64,000 nucleotides of DNA from Macrostomum lignano. Taxonomy: Eukaryota. Below the pieces are notes generated by a model. The model worked only from the letters and a program-made list of their open reading frames with translations, made no database searches and was not told the DNA's origin. A program made the position numbers and the translations under genes. The stretch is taken from assembly GCA_002269645.1 (NCBI GenBank), contig NIVC01001135.1, forward strand, positions 62,001-126,000, written 5' to 3'. Positions 12,901-43,808 of this stretch are shown piece after piece; within the stretch, counting starts at the first letter, position 1, and every line of letters begins with the position of its first letter.

Positions 12901-13883
12901 GCGGGTGGCCCGGAGGTAGCGCATGAGCTGGTTTAAATTTCAGTAATTGATGCGTGTGGCCCGAGGTAAAGTGAGTCTGGCTCACGTGAAGGCGGGACAG
13001 ATGCTGACAAAATGTTCAGCGGTGCCCATGGTTCACAGCACCATGTTCTTCTGCGTGTTGACCACCAGGTGTCGTCAAAAGTCGCACTGCAGTCACTCGG
13101 AGGTCATTTTAAAGCCACACCAGCAGTCAATTCGCAGTCAGAATTCCCCAATCCCCACCTCAGGTGTCCCGGTTCGTGCTCCCGGTAGGTGCCACCATCA
13201 ACATGGACGGCACCGCCCTGTACGAGGCCGTGGCCTCCGTGTTCATCGCCCAGTTGAACGGCATCACCCTGGACTTCGCCAAGCTCGTCACCATCAGCCT
13301 GACAGCCACCGCAGCCGCTGTTGGCGCCGCCGGCGTGCCTGAAGCTGGCCTGGTGACGATGCTGATTGTCTTGACCGCCGTTGGGCTGCCCACGGATGAC
13401 GTCACCCTCATCCTGGCCATCGATTGGTTCCTGTAAGTAAAAGTCGCGACTTCATACGCAATGCGTCTACTTACATTTAGCAGCAGTAGTACGATTGCGT
13501 CTTTTTTAAACTAAAGCGAAAAGCAAAGAAATATGCACACATTCTTGAACTTGAATGATTGAATGATGATCGTGAAGGTCCTGAGTTCGCACCCCCTCAG
13601 CTTCTAAAATATTTGACACAAATAACGACGAATTATCCGCAGTGACCGGCTGCGCACGTCAATCAACGTCTGGGGCGACTGCGTCGGCGCCGGGGTCGTC
13701 GAGAAATTGTCGGCCAGCGATTTGGCCGAAAGCCCCGAAGGCGAACACGGCGAAGGCGACGGCGAGGCTGAGCTCAAGGGCCAGGATAACGCTGGGTTCA
13801 GCAACGGGAAGGCGACTCATTCGGTTGCCAATGAGTCGCTTGACAATGGCCCGGCCATAGAGTTGGGCAACACTGCTCTGTGA
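9989..13883 (+). CDS. SLC1A (EAAT-like): Excitatory amino acid transporter (SLC1/EAAT family), 539 aa; exons 9989-10434, 11297-11665, 12205-12499, 13164-13432, 13643-13883
   Basis: All introns GT-AG with consistent phases (sum 1620 nt). Motifs: [38 protein letters not shown] (HP1), [13 protein letters not shown] (TM7), [18 protein letters not shown] (TM8; keeps the Arg typical of acidic-substrate EAATs rather than ASCTs). Confidence 0.95.
10466..11146. repeat. 10-bp minisatellite (GGGCAGCTCA)n in EAAT intron 1
   Basis: Direct reading; C/T variants. Confidence 0.95.
11675..12198. repeat. 15-bp minisatellite (CCTGTCCCTGATAAT)n filling EAAT intron 2
   Basis: Begins ~10 nt after the donor at 11666 and ends ~6 nt before the acceptor at 12204. 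Confidence 0.95.
12577..12707. repeat. 33-bp tandem repeat x4 in EAAT intron 3
   Basis: Unit CACGATCAGAACACGATTAATTATTATTAATTA. Confidence 0.9.
12780..13110 (-). mobile_element. Degenerate RTE-like non-LTR retrotransposon fragment
   Basis: Minus strand gives LLYNAEAWT (same motif as the 41009-41434 fragment) and [11 protein letters not shown] (resembles the end of an RT domain), with stops. Confidence 0.45.
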
Positions 13884-14266
13884 ATATCGCAGCGCTTACT
13901 TCGACAAAAAACTCGATTGTGCTACTTACTATTTGAGTAGTTTGTGAAAGAAATCCGACGTATTTAATTATGGCCGTGCGATTTTTATAAGTTAAATAAA
14001 TTCCTAAGTTCTGATTGAAGTTCTTTTCAACTCGTTCTTCATTTGCAGATCTCCAAAATGAATCATACTGGAGTGACTTCACGTCAAACTCAATAAAACT
14101 TTCTCTTCTTATTTTTCGAGCAAAGTTAGTATAGTATCCGCCACCAGTTTTATCCGATATGTATCGAAAATTCATGTTTCAGCTTGTAATATTTTACGGA
14201 ATTTAACCCACTAAACGACGTGCAGTTCCCATGAGCCGATATGTATCGAAAGCTAGCAAAAGCCGC

Positions 14267-14482
14267 TTAGGCTTTGCACAGCTCCCTGGAGATGTCAGAC
14301 GCTGACGCTGGGCAGCCGATGGCGGCGCAGGCGTCGCGTACGCAGCGGACGCAGGCTTCGGCGTCGGGCAGCCGATTGCGGCACTGCATCAGGGCGTCGC
14401 TGAGATTGCTGCCGTTTGCGGTGGCAGCCAGGAAGCTCAGCAGAAGCAGCAGCATCAGCGAGAACTGCAGCTTATTTGACAT
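14267..14482 (-). CDS. Orphan secreted cysteine-rich peptide precursor, 71 aa
   Basis: MSNKLQFSLMLLLLLSFLAATANG (signal-peptide-like) + SNLSDALMQCRNRLPDAEACVRCVRDACAAIGCPASASDISRELCKA*. Six Cys; GC-rich codon usage like the neighbouring exons, within AT-rich flanks. Confidence 0.65.
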   Translation of the reverse strand: MSNKLQFSLMLLLLLSFLAATANGSNLSDALMQCRNRLPDAEACVRCVRDACAAIGCPASASDISRELCKA

Positions 14483-14709
14483 TGTTGCAGATGAATTCGC
14501 TGCATGCGGGGTGGTCAGTACGGACATCCATGAATTCCTTAGGTTAGAAATATTCAATTCAATTCATATTCAAACTACTGTTGTTTCTCTAGTTAAGCAT
14601 ATCGCAGGCGCACAACAGTCTAAATTTGTTTAAGTCTAAGTTTTGTTCATTTTAGCTTTATCGTAGCTATAGATCAGTTCAACCTTCATGTAGCCTCCAG
14701 GTCCTCAGT

Positions 14710-15052
14710 TTCTGGGCCAGCCTCCCAGATCCTCAGTTGCTGGGCCAGCCTCCCAGATCCTCAGCTGCTGGGCCAGCCTCCCAGTTCCTCAGCTGCTGGG
14801 CCAGCCTCCCAGATCCTCAGTTGCTGGACCAGCTTCCAGATCCTCAGTTGCTGGGCCAGCCTCCCAGTTCCTCAGCTGCTGGGCCAGCCTCCCAGATCCT
14901 CAGTTGCTGGGCCAGCTTCCAGATCCTCAGTTGCTGGGCCAGCTTCCAGATCCTCAGTTGCTGGGCCAGCCTCCCAGATCCTCAGCTGCTGGGCCAGCCT
15001 CCCAGATCCTCAGTTGCTAAGCCACCCTCTCAGATCCTCAGTTGCTGGGCCA
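14710..15052. repeat. 27/28-bp tandem repeat
   Basis: Unit CAGCCTCCCAGATCCTCAGTTGCTGGGC. Confidence 0.9.
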
Positions 15053-15569
15053 CCGCCACTCGCTCAGACCCTCAGATGCTGCCCCACTAAAGCTCTAAGT
15101 TAAAAGAACTTAATGCTTCCAACAACGTACTAAAATGCAGCGGTAATGCATGTAGATTGTACGCAATGTGGAACTTACAGTGATAACAAATTGATATTCG
15201 CGCAAATTCAAATCAGGAAGTTCTTGACCGAGTCGATGCCTTCAATTCTGCGAGTGCTGCTATATATAGTCGTGTAGAAGTTCTGGAGAAAGCAAGAGAC
15301 ACAGGCAATATCCGGCCGCCAATCAGTCAAACTGTCGTGTATTTTTTATAAAAATCAATTCTAAAATTTGACCAGCCGAACCAGCTAAGCAAAAAAATTG
15401 CAGGTAAGTTTTTAGCCAGCTAGCATAGTAATTAATATTGATTTTTGTGGCCTGAAAAGTGCAGCGCACGCTTGCATGCTTCTAGAGCTCTCTGGGACAT
15501 TTGCACCTGAATAACTTTCTGCTGCTGGCAGTGAAATGCCTGCCACTTGAACTGTCAGACAGTGAAATT

Positions 15570-16185
15570 GTGAGGGATTAAAATGCCTGCGAGTGAAATT
15601 GTCTGGGAGTGAAATTGTCTGTGAGTGAAATTGTCTGGGAGTGAAATGTCTAGGAGTGAAATTGTCTGGGAGTGAAATGCCTGGGAGTGAAATGCCTGGG
15701 AGTGAAATGTCTGCGAGTGAAATGCCTGGGAGTGAAATGTCTGCGAGTGAAATTGCCTGGGAGTGAAATGTCTAGGAGTGAAATTGTCTGGGTGTGAAAT
15801 GTCTGGGAGTGAAATGCCTGGGAGTGAAATGCCTGAGAGTGAAATGTCTGCGAGTGAAATGCCTGGGAGTGAAATGTCTGAGAGTGAAATGCCTGGGAGT
15901 GAAATGCTTTGGAGTGAAATGTCTGAGAGTGAAATGTCTGAGAGTGAAATGTCTGAGAGTGAAATGTCTGCGAGTGAAATGCCTGGGAGTGAAATGTCTG
16001 GGAGTGAAATGCCTGGGAGTGAAATGTCTGAGAGTGAAATGTCTGAGAGTGGTTTGGGAGTGAAATGTCTGCGAGTGAAATGCCTGGGAGTGAAATGTCT
16101 GGGAGTGAAATGCCTGGGAGTGAAATGTCTGAGAGTGAAATGTCTGAGAGTGAAATGTCTGCGAGTGAAATGCCTGGGAGTGCAT
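15570..16185. repeat. 15/16-bp minisatellite (GGGAGTGAAATGTCT)n
   Basis: Direct reading. Confidence 0.9.
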
Positions 16186-17025
16186 TGTCTCCCATTTTGA
16201 AATAGAAAAAATCCGAACAAAGCATGCTGTTTTGTGTTGTTTAACCCGCGCACACAGCCGATTAGAACAGATATAATATGCCAGAATCAATAAATTTATA
16301 TTTCATAGGTTTATGAAATTTTTGGGCTGCAAAAGGTTTTCAAAAAAAAGAATCTCCATATTAATTAAAATTTGTGCACCTCACTAAGAGGGCTGATTAC
16401 GGGTAAAGCAGATAGTGAAGGATACAGCTAAGCAATGTATAGATGGATTATATAAGCATAAAAGAATCAATGAAAACCCGGGGGTCACATATACTGACAA
16501 GCACGCCATCCTGATTAGAAGAGATGGCGTATAGCGATTATTGAAAACAGGAGGTGGCGTCAGGTGCTGCGCATAAATATCTCAAGGCCGTCAGTGAGCA
16601 GACAGCAGTATTTTATTCAGAAAATTTTTCCAATTGTTTGCATAGAAGCAGAAATTAATTATTATAAATTAATTTTGACAGATCGAAACAAATATAGACA
16701 CGCATGCTCGCACGCGCCTACTAGCGGCCAGCTAGTCAGTAGCGCATAATGTACACAGTAGAAACGACACCAAAAAGTAGGGTATCTGTGAATTTTTTCT
16801 GCCAAAAAGAAGTATGAAATAAATCTATTCATTTATGAATAATATTTTATCGCAATCAGTCGTCCTAATTAATGAGGTATTAACAGTATTAATCAAACAA
16901 CAAAGAAAATCTCTATCAGAAGGAGGAATAACATAAAAGAGTTGCAGTAACACTGAGTAATGATTTCATGATGCAAGAATAAAAACATGACGTCAGCCAG
17001 CGCATTCAAAAGTAACTCTGCCGCC

Positions 17026-37280
<20,255 letters not shown>

Positions 37281-37807
37281 GCTTGCAGAATATAAGAAGG
37301 AGATAAAAATAGTCTTTTTAACACAAGCAAAAAATGATAGAAACTTTGATTGTATATACAAACAAATTCGCGTTAGCCGTTAGGCCTTAGACTTCCACAC
37401 CGAACAACGGAACAATTAGCGGACCCGCGGATGGATCGAGGCGCTCATAATTAAAAACATTAGAAAAAAACGATTTCAAAATATCATTTCCCATTACAAC
37501 AAATACAACAGACAAAAACAGAGTTATTTTTTCTTAAATAGGTAAATATTTATATTTGATAACTCATGTACAAATAGAAAATTATATTATTTTCCTAAAC
37601 GCTGATTTAAATATCAAAAGTCCGCTTAGTAGGGCATGCACGCTTGCCCTGGCTTCTTAACAAATAAAATACGATTGCTTATTTAATCGTTAAAAAATTG
37701 TACTATTCTGAGCCGGGAATGGGTTGTCTGTGGTAATTTTTAACAAAAACTAGGATATTATATCATATAATCTCCTCGAAATCAGGAGCAATCGAATTTA
37801 ATATATG

Positions 37808-37952
37808 ATAAACGCCGTTTAATTCATCATAGTCTATGGTTAGAATATCCTCGGCTACAATCAATGGTCCTCGGCTTGCTACGCTCGCCTCGAGACCATT
37901 AAACGCAGCCTCGGACATTCTAACCACAGAATGTGAATTAAACGGCGTTTAT
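37808..37952. mobile_element. 145-bp inverted-repeat (MITE-like) element between ERK and innexin
   Basis: Perfect 18-bp IR ATAAACGCCGTTTAATTC (37808-37825 / 37935-37952) followed by an imperfect IR TCTRTGGTTAGAATRTCC; no TSD seen. Confidence 0.5.
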
Positions 37953-39550
37953 TATTTACATAAACATAGAATAACTTTACATTACATAGAATACATATTT
38001 TCTGAACGAAAGCTTTATAAATATCAATAGAGCCATAAGAAAGTCAAGTCATATCAAAAGATAAACACTGGGTCTGATTAAAAACCTCATCTCAAAAGCA
38101 ATAATTAACTATTTTTGTGCCGAAAAATGAAAACCTGCTATCTCCGTCGTAATGCAATTCTCGGTAAATCGCCTCTAAAAATTTCCATGGAACGCTTATA
38201 ATCCAATCGTGGCTTATAATCCAATCAATCGAGCGCTTTATTTTCTGTTTCCTCTGCCTTTTGTGGCCAAGCCATCAAATTTTATTGCAATATAGAAAAA
38301 GTTGTGTTGAATGCGTGGGACATACAGCTAGTATGACATAATTTGTTTCAGTGATACAGTATGAAAATTAAATGATCACTAAATTGCATGTATTATTGGG
38401 GCTCCACAGAGACTTGTTAAAATTGAATGAAGGCAAACAAAAAGCAGGTATGGCTTCGTGTGGGACGCCGCACTGCAAGACCATGCATACACGATCTCCT
38501 CAGCATTACCTGTTGGATAAAGGATAAAGTTCAAGGGGGTTACCAAACAGGGTGAGAAAAATCCAACTGAAAAAACCGTCCAAAATTTAGGAAGAACCGG
38601 TAAAGCAGAAATTTTGTTTGAACTTTGCCACATGCGTGCTCTGCATGTAATCGCGGAATTCCAGAAGTTGAGATACATGTATTGTTGCAAATTTAGTGCT
38701 GAAAAAAACTGGAAACTTTCCATCTCGCCAACATTTTTGTTGCGAAAACTGAGCGATTTGCAAGTGCGAATTCTCTACTTGAGTTATCCATTGATTTCCC
38801 GCGTATTGCCACGAGTACGTACTATATTTGAGTGAAAAAGATGACGAATCTTATCGCAAATCTGGTCGGCACCAGTTAATGAGCTCTTCCACCGGACTCA
38901 CTAAGGCAGATCAGAAATTCATCAAGCCATGGTAAAAATCGATTTTCAAAAATATCTCCTCCATCAACGAGGCTGCAGGCTTCTCACGGCGAGAACTTAA
39001 CCGAAGATCCAATCGCATGAGAGACGGGATAACGGTTGAAATAGCTCCCTCACAACTTGTGAGCTCCCAAGCTTGGAATCCCGGCCACTCAGCTCCGCAG
39101 CCACTTTTCTGCAGAAGAGGGCCCGTGTTTCGTCAACACAATTTCACCTTCAAGTTTTCACTGCTTAGCCTGCTCTGACACATTTTCGAAGAAAAACTGC
39201 TTGATCGATAGAACTTGGCCGGGTTCTGTATCGTAACGAGAAAAAGGTGAGCGGTCGTCTACACTTGCAAAATGAACAAGTATAGTAGAAGCACGCTATG
39301 GCCAAACCCCATTCAGTGCATACTAAATGTACTAGCAATACGACAAATACATGCGCTTCATAGCGGCCTCCAACTCGTTTCTAAGAAAATCGAGTGCATT
39401 AAGAGTCCTTCTACTTTAGCTGTGCATTAATTGCCAGCTAATTGTAGTTTGAGTTTGCTGAATCATGCGCGCTATTGTAATTGTGCAGGTAATTCTACGT
39501 TATGACGACTGAAGAGCAATAAGTTCAGATTGATCACAGCATAGTGCAAT

Positions 39551-39742
39551 CAGTAGCGCAACCAGAAATTTTTCAAGGGGGGGGGGCGGATTCTGAGGGT
39601 AAAGTCCCGGGGGGGGGGGCGGCGGAGGGGTGGCTCTGTTTTTGGCGAAAATTCGCTTGGTCCCCCCTTTGATTTTTTTTCGGTCCCCCGCCTAAGGGGG
39701 GGGCGACCGCCCCCCCCCCCCCCCCCCCTGGTTGCGCCACTG
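39551..39742. mobile_element. 192-bp hAT-family MITE
   Basis: TIR CAGTRGCGCAACCAG, perfect 8-bp TSD AGTGCAAT (39543-39550 / 39743-39750), internal G and C homopolymers. Confidence 0.88.
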
Positions 39743-39916
39743 AGTGCAATGGTATCTGACCAAAGTATGAGATGTAGGGCTGATAATGGCTGACCAAAGT
39801 ATCTGGGACACAATGACTGACGAAGTGGGGCAAACCCTAAGACTAAGCCAGAAAAGCATAACAAAACGAACCCGCTGACATCCTAGTCACGTGAGGCGCC
39901 ATTCCCACCCTTTAGC

Positions 39917-42900
39917 ATGAACTTCGACTTCCTGCTCAAAGCGAACCAGTTCCGCGTTACGCTGGGTCAACACGGTTCAGCCGAAGACTTTGTCGACGTT
40001 CTGAACTACACGATCACGCCCGCCGTACTGATCTTCTTGGCGAGCATCTCTGCGTCCAGACAGTATTTGTTCACACCTATTCAATGCTGGAGCTTGCTGG
40101 AACTGGACTCGCAGAGGATGGAGTACATCGAGAACCTCTGCTGGGTGGATAATATGTACTTCTGGCCGCTGGACGACACCCTGCCGAAGGGCAACGAAAA
40201 GCAGCGGGAAGAGCGAACCATATGTAAGGTTTTGCGGTGATTTTCGTCCGTATGTATCCATCGGAACTCCAACTCAACATCCCTTTATGGTCAAAATCCC
40301 AAATCAAAGGTTTTGCTGTTCCCTCAAACCCTTCAGCCAGGGTTTCATTGCCCCCAGCCTCTTCAGCCAGGGTTTCATTGCTCCCTCAAACCCTTTGCCC
40401 AGGGTTTTATTGCTCCCAGCCCCTTCAGCCAGGGTTTCATTGCCCCCAACCCCTTCACCCAGGGTTTTATTGCTCCCTCAACCTCTTCACTCGGGGTTTA
40501 ATTACCCATTGAGACCCTGCGAGCTTTTAGTCTGGTTGCAACTAAGCCTATAACAACTAATCGGTTGAAGCAGCACTCGCAAAGATCGGAATAGCATCAT
40601 CCCTCCCCCAAGGATCTTCGTCAGAGCAAACGAAATTCTCCTAGCACTGGGGAATCAATTAGCCACTTAAGGACGCAAGCAAGCCTTTGATACACAAATG
40701 CAGACTTGCCTCACTGGCTATTACAAGAACAAGATAATTGCATTGCTGCTATTAGCTCTTCATGTACATTGTAGAATGTTTGCTTCAATTTTACTCGCGT
40801 GCTCAAAAAAATCGCTAAGTACATGATATTTGTGATAAAGTGAGTCATTTGCTCTCTCAGACTGTCCGTTTCCATCTCTCCTTTCACTCTCCTCGTCTCT
40901 CTACTACCATCTGTGATTCTACTCTCTCCGTCTCTCTACCATCTCTTCTTCTACTCTTCTCGTCTCTCTACTACCATCTCTTATTCTACTCTTCTCGTCT
41001 CTCTACTACAACAACAACAACAACAGAGTACGCTGTCAGTTCGCAAAAGCAGCGTCAGATGGCTCGCTTCGAAGCTTGGGCGCGAACAAAGGCCGCACCG
41101 CCGGCAGAGTCCGGGGCGCCGGCGTCAGCCAGCAGACAGTCGACGTAGCGCCGAGTCCTTGCCTGTCCCCGCCGGTAGGGTGCCTGCAACGTAAGTAGCA
41201 GCACCTCCTGCACCGGCTCCGGACAGTAGGCCTCGGCGCGGATGACGTGGCCTGCCAGCTGGAGTCGCCGACGGCGCAGCAGATCGCTAGGACGGGCCAG
41301 GCCGGCGCGATGATAGAGCGCCGTGTTGGTGACTCGCTCGTTGCCGATCTTGAAGGCGGCGCGCAGCAGGCCAGCGTGCGCCGCGTCAACTTGAGCCTCG
41401 AGCGAGTCTGTCAGCGTCCAGGTCTCGGCGTTGTCTCGGCGTCTCTACTACCATCTCAGCTTCTACTCTTCTCGTCTCTCTACTACCATCTCTTCTTCTA
41501 CTCTTCTCGTCTCTCTACTACCATCTCTTCTTCTACTCTTCTCGTCTCTCTACTACCATCTCAGCTTCTACTCTTCTCGTCTCTCTACTACCATCTCAGC
41601 TTCTACTCTTTCCGTCTCTCTACCATCTCTTCTACTACTCTTCTCAGCTCTCTACTACCATCTCAGCTTCTACTCTTCTCGTCTCTCCTCGATCTCCGTC
41701 TGTTTGACGGCAACCCGCAGACTACTACCAGTGGGTGCCATTCGTGCTGGCACTGCAGGCGCTGCTTTTCTACCTGCCCGCCTTGCCTGGCTCTGCCTCA
41801 GCGACCGCATCGGAGCCGCCAGCCTGAACGACACGATGCGCTTCGCCCTGGCCGCCGCCACCTCCTTGGATCAGGACAGGCGGCACCGCCTGATTGCCTA
41901 TCTGGCCGAGCACATTCACAAACTGATGAGGCATGCCCAGCCTCTGTCAAGAAGTCGCCGATGCCGCCTGCTGACTCGGAGAACCGGATTCGCCCTGGTG
42001 TCTGCCTACCTGCTGACTAAAGCGATGTACATCTGCGTGTCTCTGGGGCAGCTGGCGTTGATGCAGCGGCTGCTGGGTCTGAGCGAGGCCACCAGCTACT
42101 GGGGCGCCAGCCTTCTGGCCAGCCTGCTCACCGGGCGGACCTGGCACTCCAGCGGCATTTTTCCTCGGGTTGCCAGGCGAGGAACGCTTATGTGGTTGCT
42201 ATGCGGGTGGTTGCTATGTGGACAGTTGCTATGCGGGTGGTTGCTATGTGAATGGTTGCTATGTGGATAGTTGTTATGCAAGTGGTTTGCTATGTGATTA
42301 GTTGCTATGCGAGTGGTTGCTATGTGGACAGTTGCTATATGGTTGGTTGCTATATTGGTGGTTGCTATGTGCATGGCCAGTTGCTATGCGCTTCTATACC
42401 AGAATTCGCCTTGTCAACCAGGTGCGACTTCTACGCCGATATGGTTGGCACAACCAGCAAATTTACGGTGCAATGCGTCCTGCCCAACAATATGCTCAAC
42501 GAGAAGATCTACATTTTCCTATGGTTCTGGGTGTTCGCCTTGGCCCTGCTCACCGCCGCCTCCTGCCTGTCCTGGGCGGTCTCATCAATCCTGCCGTCGT
42601 CTCGCCGGGCGCTGCTCAAGAAGTATCTCAGGGCCGGTGGGGTGCCGCCGCAGGCCGGTGACCGATCCACCGCGCGCCGGTTCCTGCGCCACTTCCTGCG
42701 GCACGATGGCGTCTTCCTGTTGCGCATGATCGGCCGCTGCGCCGGCGACCTGCTGGCGGCTGACGTGGCTCGGGAGGTCTGGCGGCGCTACCGGGACGGC
42801 CAGGCCACGGCGGCCAAGAGCTGGGACCTGCGGTTCAGCGGCGGCTGCCCAACAGCCACGGCTGCTTCGGCGGCGGCTCCGCTGACAGCCACAATGCGGC

Positions 42901-43007
42901 TGGCGCAGCGACAGGTGTCGGGCGGCGGCGCTCGTCAGCTGGAGGAGGACGACGATGGCAACGAGTTAGGCAGAGACGACGATGGGAACGAGTCCACCTA
43001 CGTCTGA
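39917..43007 (+). CDS. inx: Innexin (gap-junction protein), ~449 aa; exons 39917-40223, 41721-42176, 42422-43007; 1-nt frameshift at ~41777-41779
   Basis: EDFVDVLNY, RQY..PIQCW, YIENLCWV, YYQWVPFVLALQALLFYLP, FPRVARCDF, FTVQCVLPNNMLNEKIYIFLWFW. Intron 2 needs a GC donor; one extra C is needed to restore the frame in exon 2. Confidence 0.9.
40880..41695. repeat. CT-rich ~33-bp repeat (and a ~30-bp repeat at 40300-40500) in innexin intron 1
   Basis: Unit ~CTACTACCATCTCTTCTTCTACTCTTCTCGTCT, split by the RTE insertion. Confidence 0.8.
41009..41434 (-). mobile_element. 5'-truncated RTE-clade LINE 3' end
   Basis: Minus strand reads NAETWTLTDSLEAQVDAAHAGLLRAAF...RRRRLQLAGHVIRAE...RRGQARTRRYVDCLLADAG...*, then a short UTR and a (TTG)n tail. 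This is the typical RTE ORF C-terminus with a microsatellite tail. Confidence 0.8.
42190..42390. repeat. GTTGCTATG-core repeat filling innexin intron 2
   Basis: Direct reading. Confidence 0.85.
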
Positions 43008-43054
43008 TACCTGACGACATTGACCTAGGAAGCAATCTGACTTGTTTAGAAGTA

Positions 43055-43430
43055 GTCGAATTCTAAGAATTAATCGTATTCTAAGAAACGATCGGATTCT
43101 AAGAAACAATCGTATTCGAATAAACAATTGTATACAAAGAAACAATCAAATTCTAAGAAACAATCGAATTCTAATCAACAATCGAATTCTAAGAAACAAT
43201 CGAATTCTAAGAAACAATCGAATTCTAATCAACAATCGAATTCTAAGAAACAATCGAATTCTAAGAAACAATCGCATTCTAAGTAACAATCAAATTCTAA
43301 GAAACAATCGAATTCTAAGAAACAATCGAATTCTAAGAAAGGATCAAGCTCCAAGAAAAAAACGGATTCCAAGAAAAGAAGTTAATTCTAAGAAAAATCA
43401 ATCGTGAATTCTAAGAAAGCATCGCCATTT
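43055..43430. repeat. Degenerate 18-bp repeat (TTCTAAGAAACAATCGAA)n
   Basis: Direct reading. Confidence 0.85.
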
Positions 43431-43808
43431 TATAGATACAATCTTAAATATTTAGAAAAAGTGCGAATGTGATGTTCTAAGACAATTAAAAACTTTTACC
43501 ATAGATTTCGAGTGTTGCGTCCTATATATATGTCATTTAAGTAGTCGTTGAATTTTGCATTGTTCGAAAAATGACAAATGAATTCCAAAAATGAATTCAC
43601 ATTCTAACATACAATGCAATTTGAAAAGTTGAGGCAATCTGACGTTTAAAGAAGCATCATAGAATTTTTGAGAATAATGCATTCGAAGAAAATTAATAAC
43701 AAAAAGAAAAAAACAGGGCATTCTATGAAACAATCTGAAAACTTGGAAAACAATCCGAAGCTCAAATAACACTCTTCACATTCTAAAAGAAAAACATGAC
43801 ACTTGAAA

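Noticed and set aside
37281-37300. Spliced-leader acceptor just before the ERK ATG (and before the rhodanese ATG)
   Set aside because: Both are weak AAG acceptors; cannot be supported without transcript data.
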